Assembly (NCBI GenBank): GCA_965248435.1
Contig: OZ252100.1
Span: 224,001 to 288,000 of the forward strand
Reading direction: 5' to 3'
Length of the DNA: 64,000 nucleotides
From: Candidatus Latescibacterota bacterium
Lineage (GTDB): Bacteria; Latescibacterota; UBA2968; GCA-2709665
Within the stretch, counting starts at the first letter, position 1. Every line of letters begins with the position of its first letter. Position numbers and translations under genes: made by a program. Below, one piece after another: positions 50,000-59,816 of the stretch. The notes under the pieces were generated by a model. The model was not told the DNA's origin. It did no database searches and worked only from the letters and a program-made list of their open reading frames with translations.

Positions 50000-50443
50000 C
50001 TATTCTGTGCTACATCCGCTACTGGAATCCCGTGACCGTCTCTGCAGGTAACTACCAAGCAAGAGTGTGGCTGCAATCCGATCCACTTCACCCTTCCTTT
50101 TGCCCCGCTTGGTTTTCATTTCATTCATAGAACGTTTTGCGGATACGGTGGTGAGCCGCTCATCCCAACCGGTTACCGCCAGGCCGGTCTCCTCTCGCAA
50201 AGCTTCGGCAAAAGCATTGGCAGCGGCAGCCATCGGTCCGCTGCTTCCATCCATGTTGAGCGGCAGCCCGACGACGATTTCCTGGACCTTCCAATGCGCA
50301 GCAGTTTCAGCTACGGCTCGCAGGGCTTCCGTGACCCCATTAACCTGGACTGTTGGAATTCCCTGGGCCGTCAAACCCAACTCGTCGCTCACGGCAAGGC
50401 CGATTCGCCGCCTGCCGAAATCAACTGCAAGGATTCTCTCCAA
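50000..50443 (-). CDS. ruvX: YqgF/RuvX pre-16S rRNA nuclease
   Basis: ILAVDFGRRRIGLAVSD, VVGLPLNMDG, DERLTT, DRIAA. Confidence 0.93.
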   Translation of the reverse strand: MERILAVDFGRRRIGLAVSDELGLTAQGIPTVQVNGVTEALRAVAETAAHWKVQEIVVGLPLNMDGSSGPMAAAANAFAEALREETGLAVTGWDERLTTVSAKRSMNEMKTKRGKRKGEVDRIAATLLLGSYLQRRSRDSSSGCSTE

Positions 50444-50552
50444 AACAAAACCAATATAGAAAAAGCGGAGCGCACGGCACAGCCCGTCGGATCTTCTCCG
50501 GCATCTGTGGCCCTGCATTCCGCTCCAGAGGGGCATCTTTAATGATCTCTAG

Positions 50553-51044
50553 CTATAAAGATTCCTGAGACGCTGTCTCTTTTCCATAACCTCCTTGTGA
50601 AGATGCGGTACCAGGTCTCGCGCCCAAGGGCTCCCGGACTTGGCACTCGCAAGGAGGTTTTCGACAAGCTCCTCCAGTTCAACGATATGGGCCTGAAGTG
50701 CACGCATCTCAACCACGGATTGCCCCGTTTCGTCCGTCTGTGCCAGGTTTACCGAATGGCAAGTAAGGCATCGAGTTCTTGGAATCCGGTCCCGATCTTC
50801 CCCAGAGGTTTCGCAGGATTGATGAGATCTGAACGCTCATTCGTCGCTTCCTGTTTTTGAGACAGAGTTTCCGAATGATCTTTCGGGATGTCCTCTTTGG
50901 TTCTTCCCTCACTAAATCAGCCGCGCTCATACCCAGTTCGTGAGCGTGGTTCATCAGATTAGAGAACGCCTCAACGTCAAGAGGGTCGCTCAAACAGGAT
51001 AGAATCTGTTCGTCCTCTGTGTAATCAGTAGTGTTTTCCGACAT
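50553..51044 (-). CDS. Hypothetical Cys-containing protein, probably frameshifted at ~50840
   Basis: MSENTTDY...KLCLKNRKRR continues in another frame as AFRSHQSCE..RCLTCHSVN..LEELVENLL..ESL*. Confidence 0.5.
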
Positions 51045-51198
51045 AGGAAACCTTCGTCCTGCTCGCAACGAATGAATTATACTCCGGAGCAACCCCTTTG
51101 TCAAGGCGCCAGTCGACGGGGTCGCCATTTCGAATCAATAAAAAAAGAGGCACGGGTTCACGCCCCTGCCCCCAAGGATCATCGCCGAAAACGAGAAC

Positions 51199-53214
51199 CT
51201 ATTTTGCCTTTTCCTCTTCCTTCTGTTCTTCTTCCTTCTTTCCAACGTCCTGCTTCTTTCCATCGTCGCGAAAACTCTCTTCTTTTGCCCTGTCGTGGCC
51301 GAAGAGAAGCTGGAGGGATTTATGACACTCGATGAACCATGAGTTCTCTGTGTACGGTGTGATCTGTTCCCACTTATCGTAGTCGTTCGTGTCTCTAGAA
51401 AAATTATCCGAGATAGGATTGTAGATGTATTCCAGCCCCAATGAAGTAATCTGGAGTTCTTCATCCTCTTTGTTTCGGGAGGTCCTAAACCTGGCAACCC
51501 TGCAGACCACCGGTATCCTGAAAGGCAGATAGGGTTCGAATTCTTTGGTGTCGCTACGGAAAAAGTTCAGAACGGGATAGAGATTGAGCAAAACTGCGTT
51601 TTTCTGGAGCGCTTCCACTTTGTCCGTAAAACTCATCTCGTCGTAACCGTCCCCGACGAGATATTTCAAGAAGGACTCGCCCTGTGTTTCCGCGCCTTGT
51701 ACCTGGGCACCCCCCACGCCGAAGTTCAACAACTCCACCTGGAACCCATCTTCCTGCCTGATAAATTCGCGATCGTCCAGCTCGCGGGACCGAGCATCTT
51801 CGTATGGAATCGGTTTCAGGGTCATGTTCTCAACCCCGATATCTGTTACTTCCGCAGGCATGAGAAATTGACGCATCGTAATAACATCTCCGCTCGCTAG
51901 ACCATGAGCGGAGGAGAAACCTACAAGGACACGGTCATTGTCAAAATCTCCGACCACAGACTTCTTCCGCCGCCGCTGCTGCCAGATTTTCCCTTCTCGT
52001 GTGAGGATATGGTACCGATCCTGAATCTCCTCCAACGCGCGAAGTCTGCGGGAGTCCATCGCCCCGCCTGATTTGGCGGCAAGCTGACGTTCAGCGACAC
52101 TCGTATCCTTTGGCTGTTTTTTTATGAAGATCTTCGGCAGTATCGTTGCCTGCTGAGCACCGACAACGTTGAAATGTGCCAATCCTTCGAGGCTTGAGCG
52201 ATTCAACTTGTCAAGAAACGGTTTGCTCACATAACATATACGTTTCTCAGTCGGGTTGTTGACCATGCAAGCCATGAAGAACTCAACAATTCCTTCCAGC
52301 TTTTCTGTTCCTCTGACCTCCTCTACCTCTTTGTTGGCGTACGGAGTAATCTGAATGTCCTCGGAGGTTATCGTCTGGCTGAGAACCCCCTTCTCGGGGA
52401 TTTCGAGGTTTGTCCTGCTGGCGTAGACCTGAAACTGAATTTCACTTCGGATTCTCAGGTGGCCGAACCCGATTTTGTGAGTGTAACGAACATATCTGCG
52501 TTTGTCTCGTTTTCGTACATCTGTCAAGGGTTTGACGCAGTATCCCACGCCAAAACGCGGTGTGAGCTCTATGCTTCGGAAGCGGGTTGGATTAAAACGT
52601 TCCGAAATCTGACAGTCGAGCTCGTAGGGGATGCGCTGAGAGAAGAATCTGAGCCGGATCACCTCTCCGAGTCCAAGGGCCTCTTCGGCTTCGGCTCCCT
52701 GTGGGCCTGCCCGTTTACCATCGCCTTCAGAATAGGCATCCTTGCTTCTCGAATCCCCTTGTCGACTCGTCCTAACTGTATCCGGATCAACATCTTCTTC
52801 ATCTTCAGACTGACCATCGAATCCTTCTGGTGACTCCTCTTCTTCTTCGATGTCTTCTTCGGCCTCTTCATCTGTAAAGCCTTCTCCCAGGCCGGCAGTT
52901 GGGGCCTCAGAGATGATTTCGGCCAAACTCGAGTCCCCTCCTACGCCGCTTCCTAATTTCATACCTGTTGGCGTAGTAATAAATATCATGTTTTCGTGCA
53001 TAAACACCGTCTCATCCCTGACTCGGAAGACGTCCACCTGACCGTAATCATCCAACTTTTCGTTTCCGGTGGCGTCTCTGATCAGGGTGCAGTTCGCAGT
53101 CGTCAACTCCAACCGATCGAGGTTGTTCACGACATCCTTGATCGTGAGCTTCCGCTTTCGCCCTTTTCCGACGGCGATCTGCTTTTCGCCCTTAAATAGA
53201 GAACTGAAGAGCAT
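51199..53214 (-). CDS. Hypothetical protein with PilZ-like motifs
   Basis: 671-aa ORF; KRRYVR and LNFGVGG; acidic linker. Confidence 0.7.
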   Translation of the reverse strand: MLFSSLFKGEKQIAVGKGRKRKLTIKDVVNNLDRLELTTANCTLIRDATGNEKLDDYGQVDVFRVRDETVFMHENMIFITTPTGMKLGSGVGGDSSLAEIISEAPTAGLGEGFTDEEAEEDIEEEEESPEGFDGQSEDEEDVDPDTVRTSRQGDSRSKDAYSEGDGKRAGPQGAEAEEALGLGEVIRLRFFSQRIPYELDCQISERFNPTRFRSIELTPRFGVGYCVKPLTDVRKRDKRRYVRYTHKIGFGHLRIRSEIQFQVYASRTNLEIPEKGVLSQTITSEDIQITPYANKEVEEVRGTEKLEGIVEFFMACMVNNPTEKRICYVSKPFLDKLNRSSLEGLAHFNVVGAQQATILPKIFIKKQPKDTSVAERQLAAKSGGAMDSRRLRALEEIQDRYHILTREGKIWQQRRRKKSVVGDFDNDRVLVGFSSAHGLASGDVITMRQFLMPAEVTDIGVENMTLKPIPYEDARSRELDDREFIRQEDGFQVELLNFGVGGAQVQGAETQGESFLKYLVGDGYDEMSFTDKVEALQKNAVLLNLYPVLNFFRSDTKEFEPYLPFRIPVVCRVARFRTSRNKEDEELQITSLGLEYIYNPISDNFSRDTNDYDKWEQITPYTENSWFIECHKSLQLLFGHDRAKEESFRDDGKKQDVGKKEEEQKEEEKAK

Positions 53215-53510
53215 CGCGCAAACTCGGTCCCGAATCTCAGTTTCGAGTGAATGCCCTTGTGGATTGGTCGATCCACCATTAGGGCACTATTAACCAAGTA
53301 AATATATATTAATAGTGAGGCCTCGGTCAAGGCCTCATTGAGCCGAACTGGCAATAATCTAAGGTACATATGTATGTTGGAGCAAGCAGAATCTCTCCCC
53401 CGTGCCGTCCAATCTCCTGAAAACCCTTGACCCCTGCAACCGCGCTTGCTAGATTGGTCGCCTGCGGGTTGACTGATCGTGAAAGAACAGGTAGAAGGCA
53501 AGCGCTCAAT

Positions 53511-53873
53511 ATGCCCCACACGATCCTGATTGTTGACGACGATGCAATCGTTCGCCAGGCGTTACGCACGATATTGCGTCACGCAGGGTATGAGACGGTC
53601 GAGGCCCAAAACGGGAAGGAAGCCCTCCAGAAGATCCATCTGGTGGATTATCAACTGATCACGATGGACGTGGCGATGGATGGGCTTGACGGCGTGGACA
53701 CCGTTTCGGTGATCAAGGGCGAACAGGATGTTCCGATCATCGCCATCTCGGCTTTCCTGACGGAAGAGATCAGCGAAGACCTGCGTGCTCGAGGCGTGGA
53801 TCATCTTTTAGAAAAGCCCTTTTCCCGGGCAGATGTCCTTAACGTGGTACGTCGTGCCTTAGGCGAAGCGTAA
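53511..53873 (+). CDS. Stand-alone response regulator receiver
   Basis: ILIVDDD, TMDVAM, ISA, LEKPF. Confidence 0.9.
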   Translation: MPHTILIVDDDAIVRQALRTILRHAGYETVEAQNGKEALQKIHLVDYQLITMDVAMDGLDGVDTVSVIKGEQDVPIIAISAFLTEEISEDLRARGVDHLLEKPFSRADVLNVVRRALGEA

Positions 53874-53879
53874 CCGACC

Positions 53880-54329
53880 GTGGCGACCCGGGAGCATCTC
53901 GATCTCATCCGACAGGGAGTGGATGTCTGGAACGAATGGCGGAAGAAGAATCCTGACAAGCCCGGAGATCTTATCGGGGCCGAACTGAGTCAACTGGATC
54001 TCGGCGGGGCGGACTTATCTGGCTCCGATTTCAGGGGTGCGTTCTTTTTCGATGCGGACTTAAGTTCCGCGAATCTTTCGAGCGCATTGCTGGGAGGCGC
54101 CAACTTTCGCAACACGAACCTGGAGGGCGCAGACTTCACGGACGCCAATCTTCGCGGCGCGAACTTCATGAATGCGAATCTGAGCGGAACAAATTTTAGC
54201 GGGGCGGAGTTCAGTGCGGTATATTTGCGTGGGGTGGATCTCTCAGAATCAGGAAACCTCACTCAAGAACAGATCCAGTCGGCATTCACGGATGTAGAAA
54301 CGAAACTTCCGGATCATTTAGACAAATAG
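53880..54329 (+). CDS. Pentapeptide repeat protein
   Basis: EHLDLIRQGVDVWNEWR then A(D/N)L/F repeats. Confidence 0.92.
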   Translation: MATREHLDLIRQGVDVWNEWRKKNPDKPGDLIGAELSQLDLGGADLSGSDFRGAFFFDADLSSANLSSALLGGANFRNTNLEGADFTDANLRGANFMNANLSGTNFSGAEFSAVYLRGVDLSESGNLTQEQIQSAFTDVETKLPDHLDK

Positions 54330-54409
54330 GGGTCAAACTCAATTTATGTTTCATCAACCGCCGGGACTTGCTCCTAAAGTGAGCAAAAACGTGAAAGGTG
54401 TGTGTGCCT

Positions 54410-54880
54410 ATGACGATTCGCAAAGGTGTTTTCGTTATCGGTGTGTCATTGCTGCTTGCACAATCCTTTGGATGCCATAGTCGCTCAGCAATAAATACAG
54501 GGAGGCTGAAGAGCCAGGCAGCGGTAAAGGGAGAGAAACCCGAGAGCCAGTTAGCGATAAAGGGAAAGAAACAGAAAAAAAGCGTTGAATTCAGTGATTT
54601 GCGCCAGGGGATGCGCGTACGTATAAAACTCGATCCGAAGAGCAAGGTACCCTATTCGAGAGAATTCAAGGTGCGGGGATTCGAGTGTTTTGTGAGGCGC
54701 ATAGAGTCGAACACGGTCTGGGTCGATATGATCAAGGGGTTGGTCGAGTTCGAGATCCCTTCGAAGGATATTCGGAGCATCGAATACCTGGGACTCGAAT
54801 TCGAGGAATCCTTAATCGAGTGGCCGGCGCTCTACATCCCGGCTACCTTGACCGCCCTGCTCCTGCTCATGGGGCAATGA
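54410..54880 (+). CDS. Hypothetical lipoprotein with C-terminal hydrophobic segment
   Basis: LLLAQSFGC lipobox. Confidence 0.55.
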   Translation: MTIRKGVFVIGVSLLLAQSFGCHSRSAINTGRLKSQAAVKGEKPESQLAIKGKKQKKSVEFSDLRQGMRVRIKLDPKSKVPYSREFKVRGFECFVRRIESNTVWVDMIKGLVEFEIPSKDIRSIEYLGLEFEESLIEWPALYIPATLTALLLLMGQ

Positions 54881-55134
54881 CAAAAAAGGCCTTCGACTCT
54901 AGGGCCTGATACGGGATTGACGATCCTCCCTGTTTAAATGAGAGCCTCCATATAGATTTGGGGGCTCTTTCATTTTCGTGCCGTCCGCACGCACCTCCCA
55001 CGTGATCGTGATGACTGCAAAGCGCACCCTTCTGTTCTTATCAATGGTGCGATTATGTTCTGCTCTTCATAGAACAGGCAGCTAAAGGCTCCGGAGGACC
55101 GCCTTCAGGGCCTTGGTGCTTCTGTCACTACATC

Positions 55135-55434
55135 TCACGTCGAGTTCGCGTCTTCAAGCTTCCAGCCGGTGAGGAACCCTCCATCGGGATGCGGCTCCGC
55201 CCACGCCAGGCGGACGGTGAGACAGATGTTCAGACGCTCCTCGCGATTCGGGGTGTAGCCCTTGCGCCTGAAGATGTCGACGGCGTCAGTGCGGATCTGT
55301 AAGCCGGAGGTGCTGATGTCCACCATTTCGATGTCGTGATAGCCTTCGCCGTTCATCTGCGCGGTCAGGTTTAACTCGAAGCGTGCATTTTTGCGCCGCT
55401 CACGGTCCGAAACATTCCCGTCACTCACCTGCAT
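55135..55434 (-). CDS. PilZ domain protein
   Basis: ERRKNARF and DISTSG; AAAGGAG RBS. Confidence 0.85.
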   Translation of the reverse strand: MQVSDGNVSDRERRKNARFELNLTAQMNGEGYHDIEMVDISTSGLQIRTDAVDIFRRKGYTPNREERLNICLTVRLAWAEPHPDGGFLTGWKLEDANST

Positions 55435-55449
55435 ATCTACTCCTTTCAG

Positions 55450-58040
55450 TTACTTGCTCTCCCATCGGTCAACGAAAACAAGGAAGTCACCGAAATCGAC
55501 ATTTCCCTTCTCATCAAGGTCAAAATCCGGGTTCATCGTCCCAAAATTCTGCTTGAAAACTGGAAGTCTAAGAGGTCCAACGCCGCGTCTTTGTTAAAGT
55601 CGGGTCCCAAAGCTGCACTTGCGGCAAGTGTAATAGCAGTCGGACTCTCTGGGCCGTTGTGGACGATCTCCAGAAGCTCACTAACCGTCCCTGGGATTGA
55701 GGTTTCAAAAGTAACCTCTATCGTCTGCGTTTCACCGGTAAGTATAGAGAATGCTGTGGAAGATACCGTAAAAAGTTTACTGGTCGAGATGATTTCCGAA
55801 ATCGCCAGGTCCGCACTGCCGTGGTTGGATAGATCAAAGGTCAGTTGCCTGGTCTCGTTCAATTCCACATCTCCGAAGTCGAGCGTGCTGACGGATTTGC
55901 TGAGCACTGACTGAACCCCTAAGCCTGAGATGTCTAGTTTGGACAGCCCGCCGGGGCCATCGTGAACCAATGTGATCACGGCCGTAGTCTCTCCCGCGGT
56001 TTGTGGGCTAAAGATGACGGCGATGGTATCGATTTCTCCCCCGGACAATACCAGTGAGTCCACCAACACCGTGAATGCGGAATCGGAGGATTGGATTTGG
56101 GTTATCGCCAGGCTGTCGATGCCCGCGTTGTGAACCGTGAACATCCCAGTTCCGGTGTCTCGGACGGAGACGCTTCCGATGTCCAGAGAATCGGGTGATA
56201 CGGTAATCGAGCGCTGGACACCTGTTCCGGTCAGTGAGACGACCGACGGCGAGCCGGACGCGTTGTGCGCGATCGAAAGCTGCGCCGAATGGCTACCCCG
56301 TGATGATGGAGCATACTCGACCGGCACTTCTTCGCTGCTCCCCGGGTCTACCCGAAAGCTCATTCTAGAGACCGAGAAGCTTGCCCCGTCCGGTCCCGTG
56401 ACGGTGATGTCCGAGATGTCCAACGCGACATTCCCGGGATTCGATACGCTGAGCGGCATGATGACCGTGGACCCGACATTGACCTCATCAAAGGACAAAG
56501 AACCCGGCACAGAAAAGGACGCGGCCATTCCGGTTCCGCTCAAAGTCACTTCCTTTGGGCTTCCAGGTCCATTGTAGTAGATGAGGAGGGACGCGCTTTT
56601 GGGGCCGTAGGATCTTGGCGAAAACCCGACTCCCAGAGGCCTGCTGAACCCTGCGCCCACGCCAAAGTTCACTGCCATGCGCCAGAAATGAGACCTGTCG
56701 GGCCCAGAGAGAACGATGTCGGTTACGGTCAAAGGGGTATTCCCGGTATTTTCGATCGTAAGTTCCTGAGTGACTTCAGCGTCAACGTCCACTTCACCGA
56801 AGTCCAGCGTGGCCGAGATAACGAAAGAAGCGGGTTCCTCAACCACAATAGATCCAGAAGATTCCCCTGATCCAGAAGACTCCCCTGATCCAGAAGATTC
56901 CCCTGATCCAGAAGACTCCCCTGATCCAGAAGACTCCCCTGACCCAGAAGACTCCCCTGACCCAGAAGACTCCTCCGTGCCGCTGCCACTCAGGGCCACG
57001 CTGGTGGGACTGCCCGAAGCATTGTGCGTGATGTCGATAGAAGCTGCTTTGGAACCGAGGGAAGTTGGAGCGAGGGTTACGGTCACGCCGTGACTCTGTC
57101 CTGCAGTTACGGTGAAAGAGGTGGGAGAAGCCGAAAATTCAGCCGCGTCTGTGCCCGATAGGGCGATGTTCGAGACGATCAAATCGGCGTTTCCAGAATT
57201 GGATACCGTGAGTGTTTGGGTGTCGGAGGCACCGACCGCAAGCTCGCCGAAGCTCAGGGAGGGCAAAACGGAAATCGACGGCGCCGCAGCGGTTCCGGTC
57301 CCACTCACAGCCACGCTTGTAAGGCCGGCATGCGCGATGTCGAGAGAAGCGGTTTTGGACGCTGACGAGGTCGGAGAAAAAGTCACGTTTACGTTCTGGC
57401 TCTGCCCTGAGCTCACCGTGAAAGCGGCAGGGGAAACTGAAAACTCCGCTGCGTCCGCACCCGATAGGGTGATGTTCGAGACGGTCAAATCGGAGTTCCC
57501 GATGTTGGACACGGTGAGCGTCAGGCTACTGGATCCGCCTACGGCCACGTTGCCAAAGCTCAAAGAAGAGGAAACTGAGATTATGGGAAGGTTGGTCCCC
57601 CTACCCTTCACAGACACCGAAGTGGGGCTGCCAACAGCATTGTGGGTAATGGAAAGCGTTTCGTTCTTTTGCGCTGGGTTGGTCGGTATGAACGTAACTG
57701 TCACGTCTTGACTGCTCGACGGGGCGACGCTGAGGGTCGTCGTTGAAACGGTATACACTCCGTCGCTGGATGTTATGTCTGAAACATCCAGCGTTGTACT
57801 ACCCGTATTAGAAACGGTGAGGGTCAAAGTGGATGGTTGTCCGATGGGTACAACGCCAAAATCCAGGGTGCCTGGAACAGAGATATCGGGAGCTGCCTCT
57901 GCGGGACTCAGGAGCGGAGCAGTCAGCATCAAGAGGAACAATGATAGAGGAACGGTTACCGGCTTCCAACCGAGCCCTGAATTACGATGATTTTTCGAGG
58001 ATTGACCGAGCGGTAGGTGCTTGAAATCGACTGCTGACAT
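55450..58040 (-). CDS. Secreted multi-ASH (choice-of-anchor D) Ig protein with C-terminal dockerin/EF-hand pair (1-nt frameshift ~55563)
   Basis: About 7 repeats L.FG.V.VG..LTVSN.G..L.VS.I; DFNKDAALDLLDF then, in another frame, VFKQNFG..DFDLDEKGNVDFGDFLVF*. Confidence 0.8.
56851..56976. repeat. 18-nt tandem repeat x7 encoding GESSGS linker
   Basis: GA(T/C)CCAGAAGA(C/T)TCCCCT units. Confidence 0.95.
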
Positions 58041-58048
58041 TCTCTCCC

Positions 58049-58909
58049 TTAATGTCTGACGTTCCAGAGGACGATGAGGTTTGTCACGAGTCGTGCGATT
58101 GCCTTGTCGACGGATATCCGGTCTTTGGAGCTCATTACCAGGGCCTGCAGGATCGTATCTTCCAGCTCTCGAACGTTTCCCGGCCAGGGATAGGCCTGGA
58201 TGAGTATGATCACCTCGGGTGTAATTTCCGGCGAGCGGCATTCGACATCTTGAGCATAGGTCGCCAAAAAATGGCTGGTCAGTAAGGAGATGTCTGCCTC
58301 TCGCTCCCGGAGTGGGGGCAGGTTGATGAGAAATAGACTGAGCCGGTGGAACAGGTCTGAACGAAACTTTCCCAGTTTCATCCGTTCTCGCAGATCGACA
58401 TTCGTGGCCGCGATCAGTCTGAAATCCACCTGAATCGGCTCAGTTCCGTCCACGGGGATCACGACACGGTCGTGGATCGCGAGGAGCAGTCTCTGCTGCA
58501 ATGCAGGGCTCAGTTCCTTGATCCGCTCGAGAAAGAGCGTACCCCCTTCGGCCTGCTCGATCGCACCCGCGAGGCCCATCCCTTCGTGTCCAAACAGCTC
58601 ATTCTCCAACATCGACTCCGTCAGGAGACCGCAGTTGATCGCAACGAAATCCCCTTCGCCACTGCGACTCCGCGCATGGATCGCGCGCGCCACGAGCTCT
58701 TTGCCCGTACCCTCTTCCCCCAGAATCAGCGCTGTGGCAAAACCCTCTTTCAATCTGCGGATCCACCCATGCACGCGCTGCATCTCCTGGCTGACCCCCA
58801 CCAGTCGCTCGAAGGATTCCCGATCGTCCACCTGAGGACCTGCCAGGCAGATATCCCTGGTCTTCCGCCCGACTTCATCCTCTTTCGTTAACAGCATCTC
58901 GATCGACAT
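58049..58909 (-). CDS. Sigma54-interaction AAA+ domain protein, degenerate (no GAFTGA, no obvious HTH)
   Basis: GEEGTGKELVARAIH, ENELFGHE, FRSDLFHRL, WPGNVREL. Confidence 0.85.
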   Translation of the reverse strand: MSIEMLLTKEDEVGRKTRDICLAGPQVDDRESFERLVGVSQEMQRVHGWIRRLKEGFATALILGEEGTGKELVARAIHARSRSGEGDFVAINCGLLTESMLENELFGHEGMGLAGAIEQAEGGTLFLERIKELSPALQQRLLLAIHDRVVIPVDGTEPIQVDFRLIAATNVDLRERMKLGKFRSDLFHRLSLFLINLPPLREREADISLLTSHFLATYAQDVECRSPEITPEVIILIQAYPWPGNVRELEDTILQALVMSSKDRISVDKAIARLVTNLIVLWNVRH

Positions 58910-58971
58910 TGGAAACCCCCTTGGGTTCTGATGTGTGCACGTTCACTCGGCGCACGTGACTGCTATCACAA

Positions 58972-58987
58972 AGCAGTTTCTGTACCA
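58972..58987 (-). promoter_or_regulatory. Sigma54 promoter candidate
   Basis: TGGTACAGAAACTGCT upstream of the AAA+ gene. Confidence 0.5.
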
Positions 58988-59698
58988 ATGAAGTTGCCTG
59001 ACGGGGCCACGAAACAGAGGCGCACACATCTTCAATGGTTCAAGATAGTTGCGAAACCCTGCCTGAAACGCGTTTGACCTGACTTCCCTGGACGTTGTAG
59101 CATATGGTGAAAGTTGGTGGTTCATATGAATCGTTCTGGCGGATATCTACCGGTTCGAAACAAGTCTAGAGTCGCTGCTGAGGTCAGGAACTCGGTGTTG
59201 GATTCTGTCCATGGGTTTGTTTGCGCGAAAAGAGATCGAGTTGGCTTGGATGTGTGAGCGCAGTCACTTAATAGGAAATACTGTGCCAGCATAGTTGGCT
59301 ACAAACAAAAAGGGTGGCCTAGCTTTCGCAAGGCCACCTATCTCCCATCAATTCTAAATGAGTAATGAAATTATGGATCTTCTATTGAGTATGCGCCTCC
59401 CCTGATGTTTGTGGATCTTTAGATGAAATTTCTAACACATTTCCGAGCTCGGAACCCACTGTTTCTTGCGTAACATCCAGTATCATCCTGGGGCTTATCA
59501 ATTGTGAAACGGTTATGGTTGATCCCGAACGTTATGGTGTATATCCACCAATCCGGCATCTTCTGGGACCAGTTCCGAAGGTGCTTCGTTCGTCCTTCGG
59601 GGCACGAGGTTTTGGGGGGTATCGGCAAAGCCGCTCCTACAATTCACGAGGTTTCATACACCGACCACCTACGAATCTGGCATAACGACTAAAGCAGG

Positions 59699-59714
59699 TG
59701 GCACGCCACTTGCA
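59699..59714 (+). promoter_or_regulatory. Sigma54 promoter
   Basis: TGGCACGCCACTTGCA, consensus TGGCAC-N5-TTGC. Confidence 0.75.
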
Positions 59715-59816
59715 TGATTATCCTGGGTCTTGTTGAGGGACGCACGGCCTTAACCTACTCCAAATCTGTGATGACGCAATTCAGGAACCCGGGTGGCAAC
59801 AAGGAGGAAGATTGAC

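Noticed and set aside
56851-56976. CRISPR array
   Set aside because: Contiguous in-frame repeats without spacers; no cas genes in the window.
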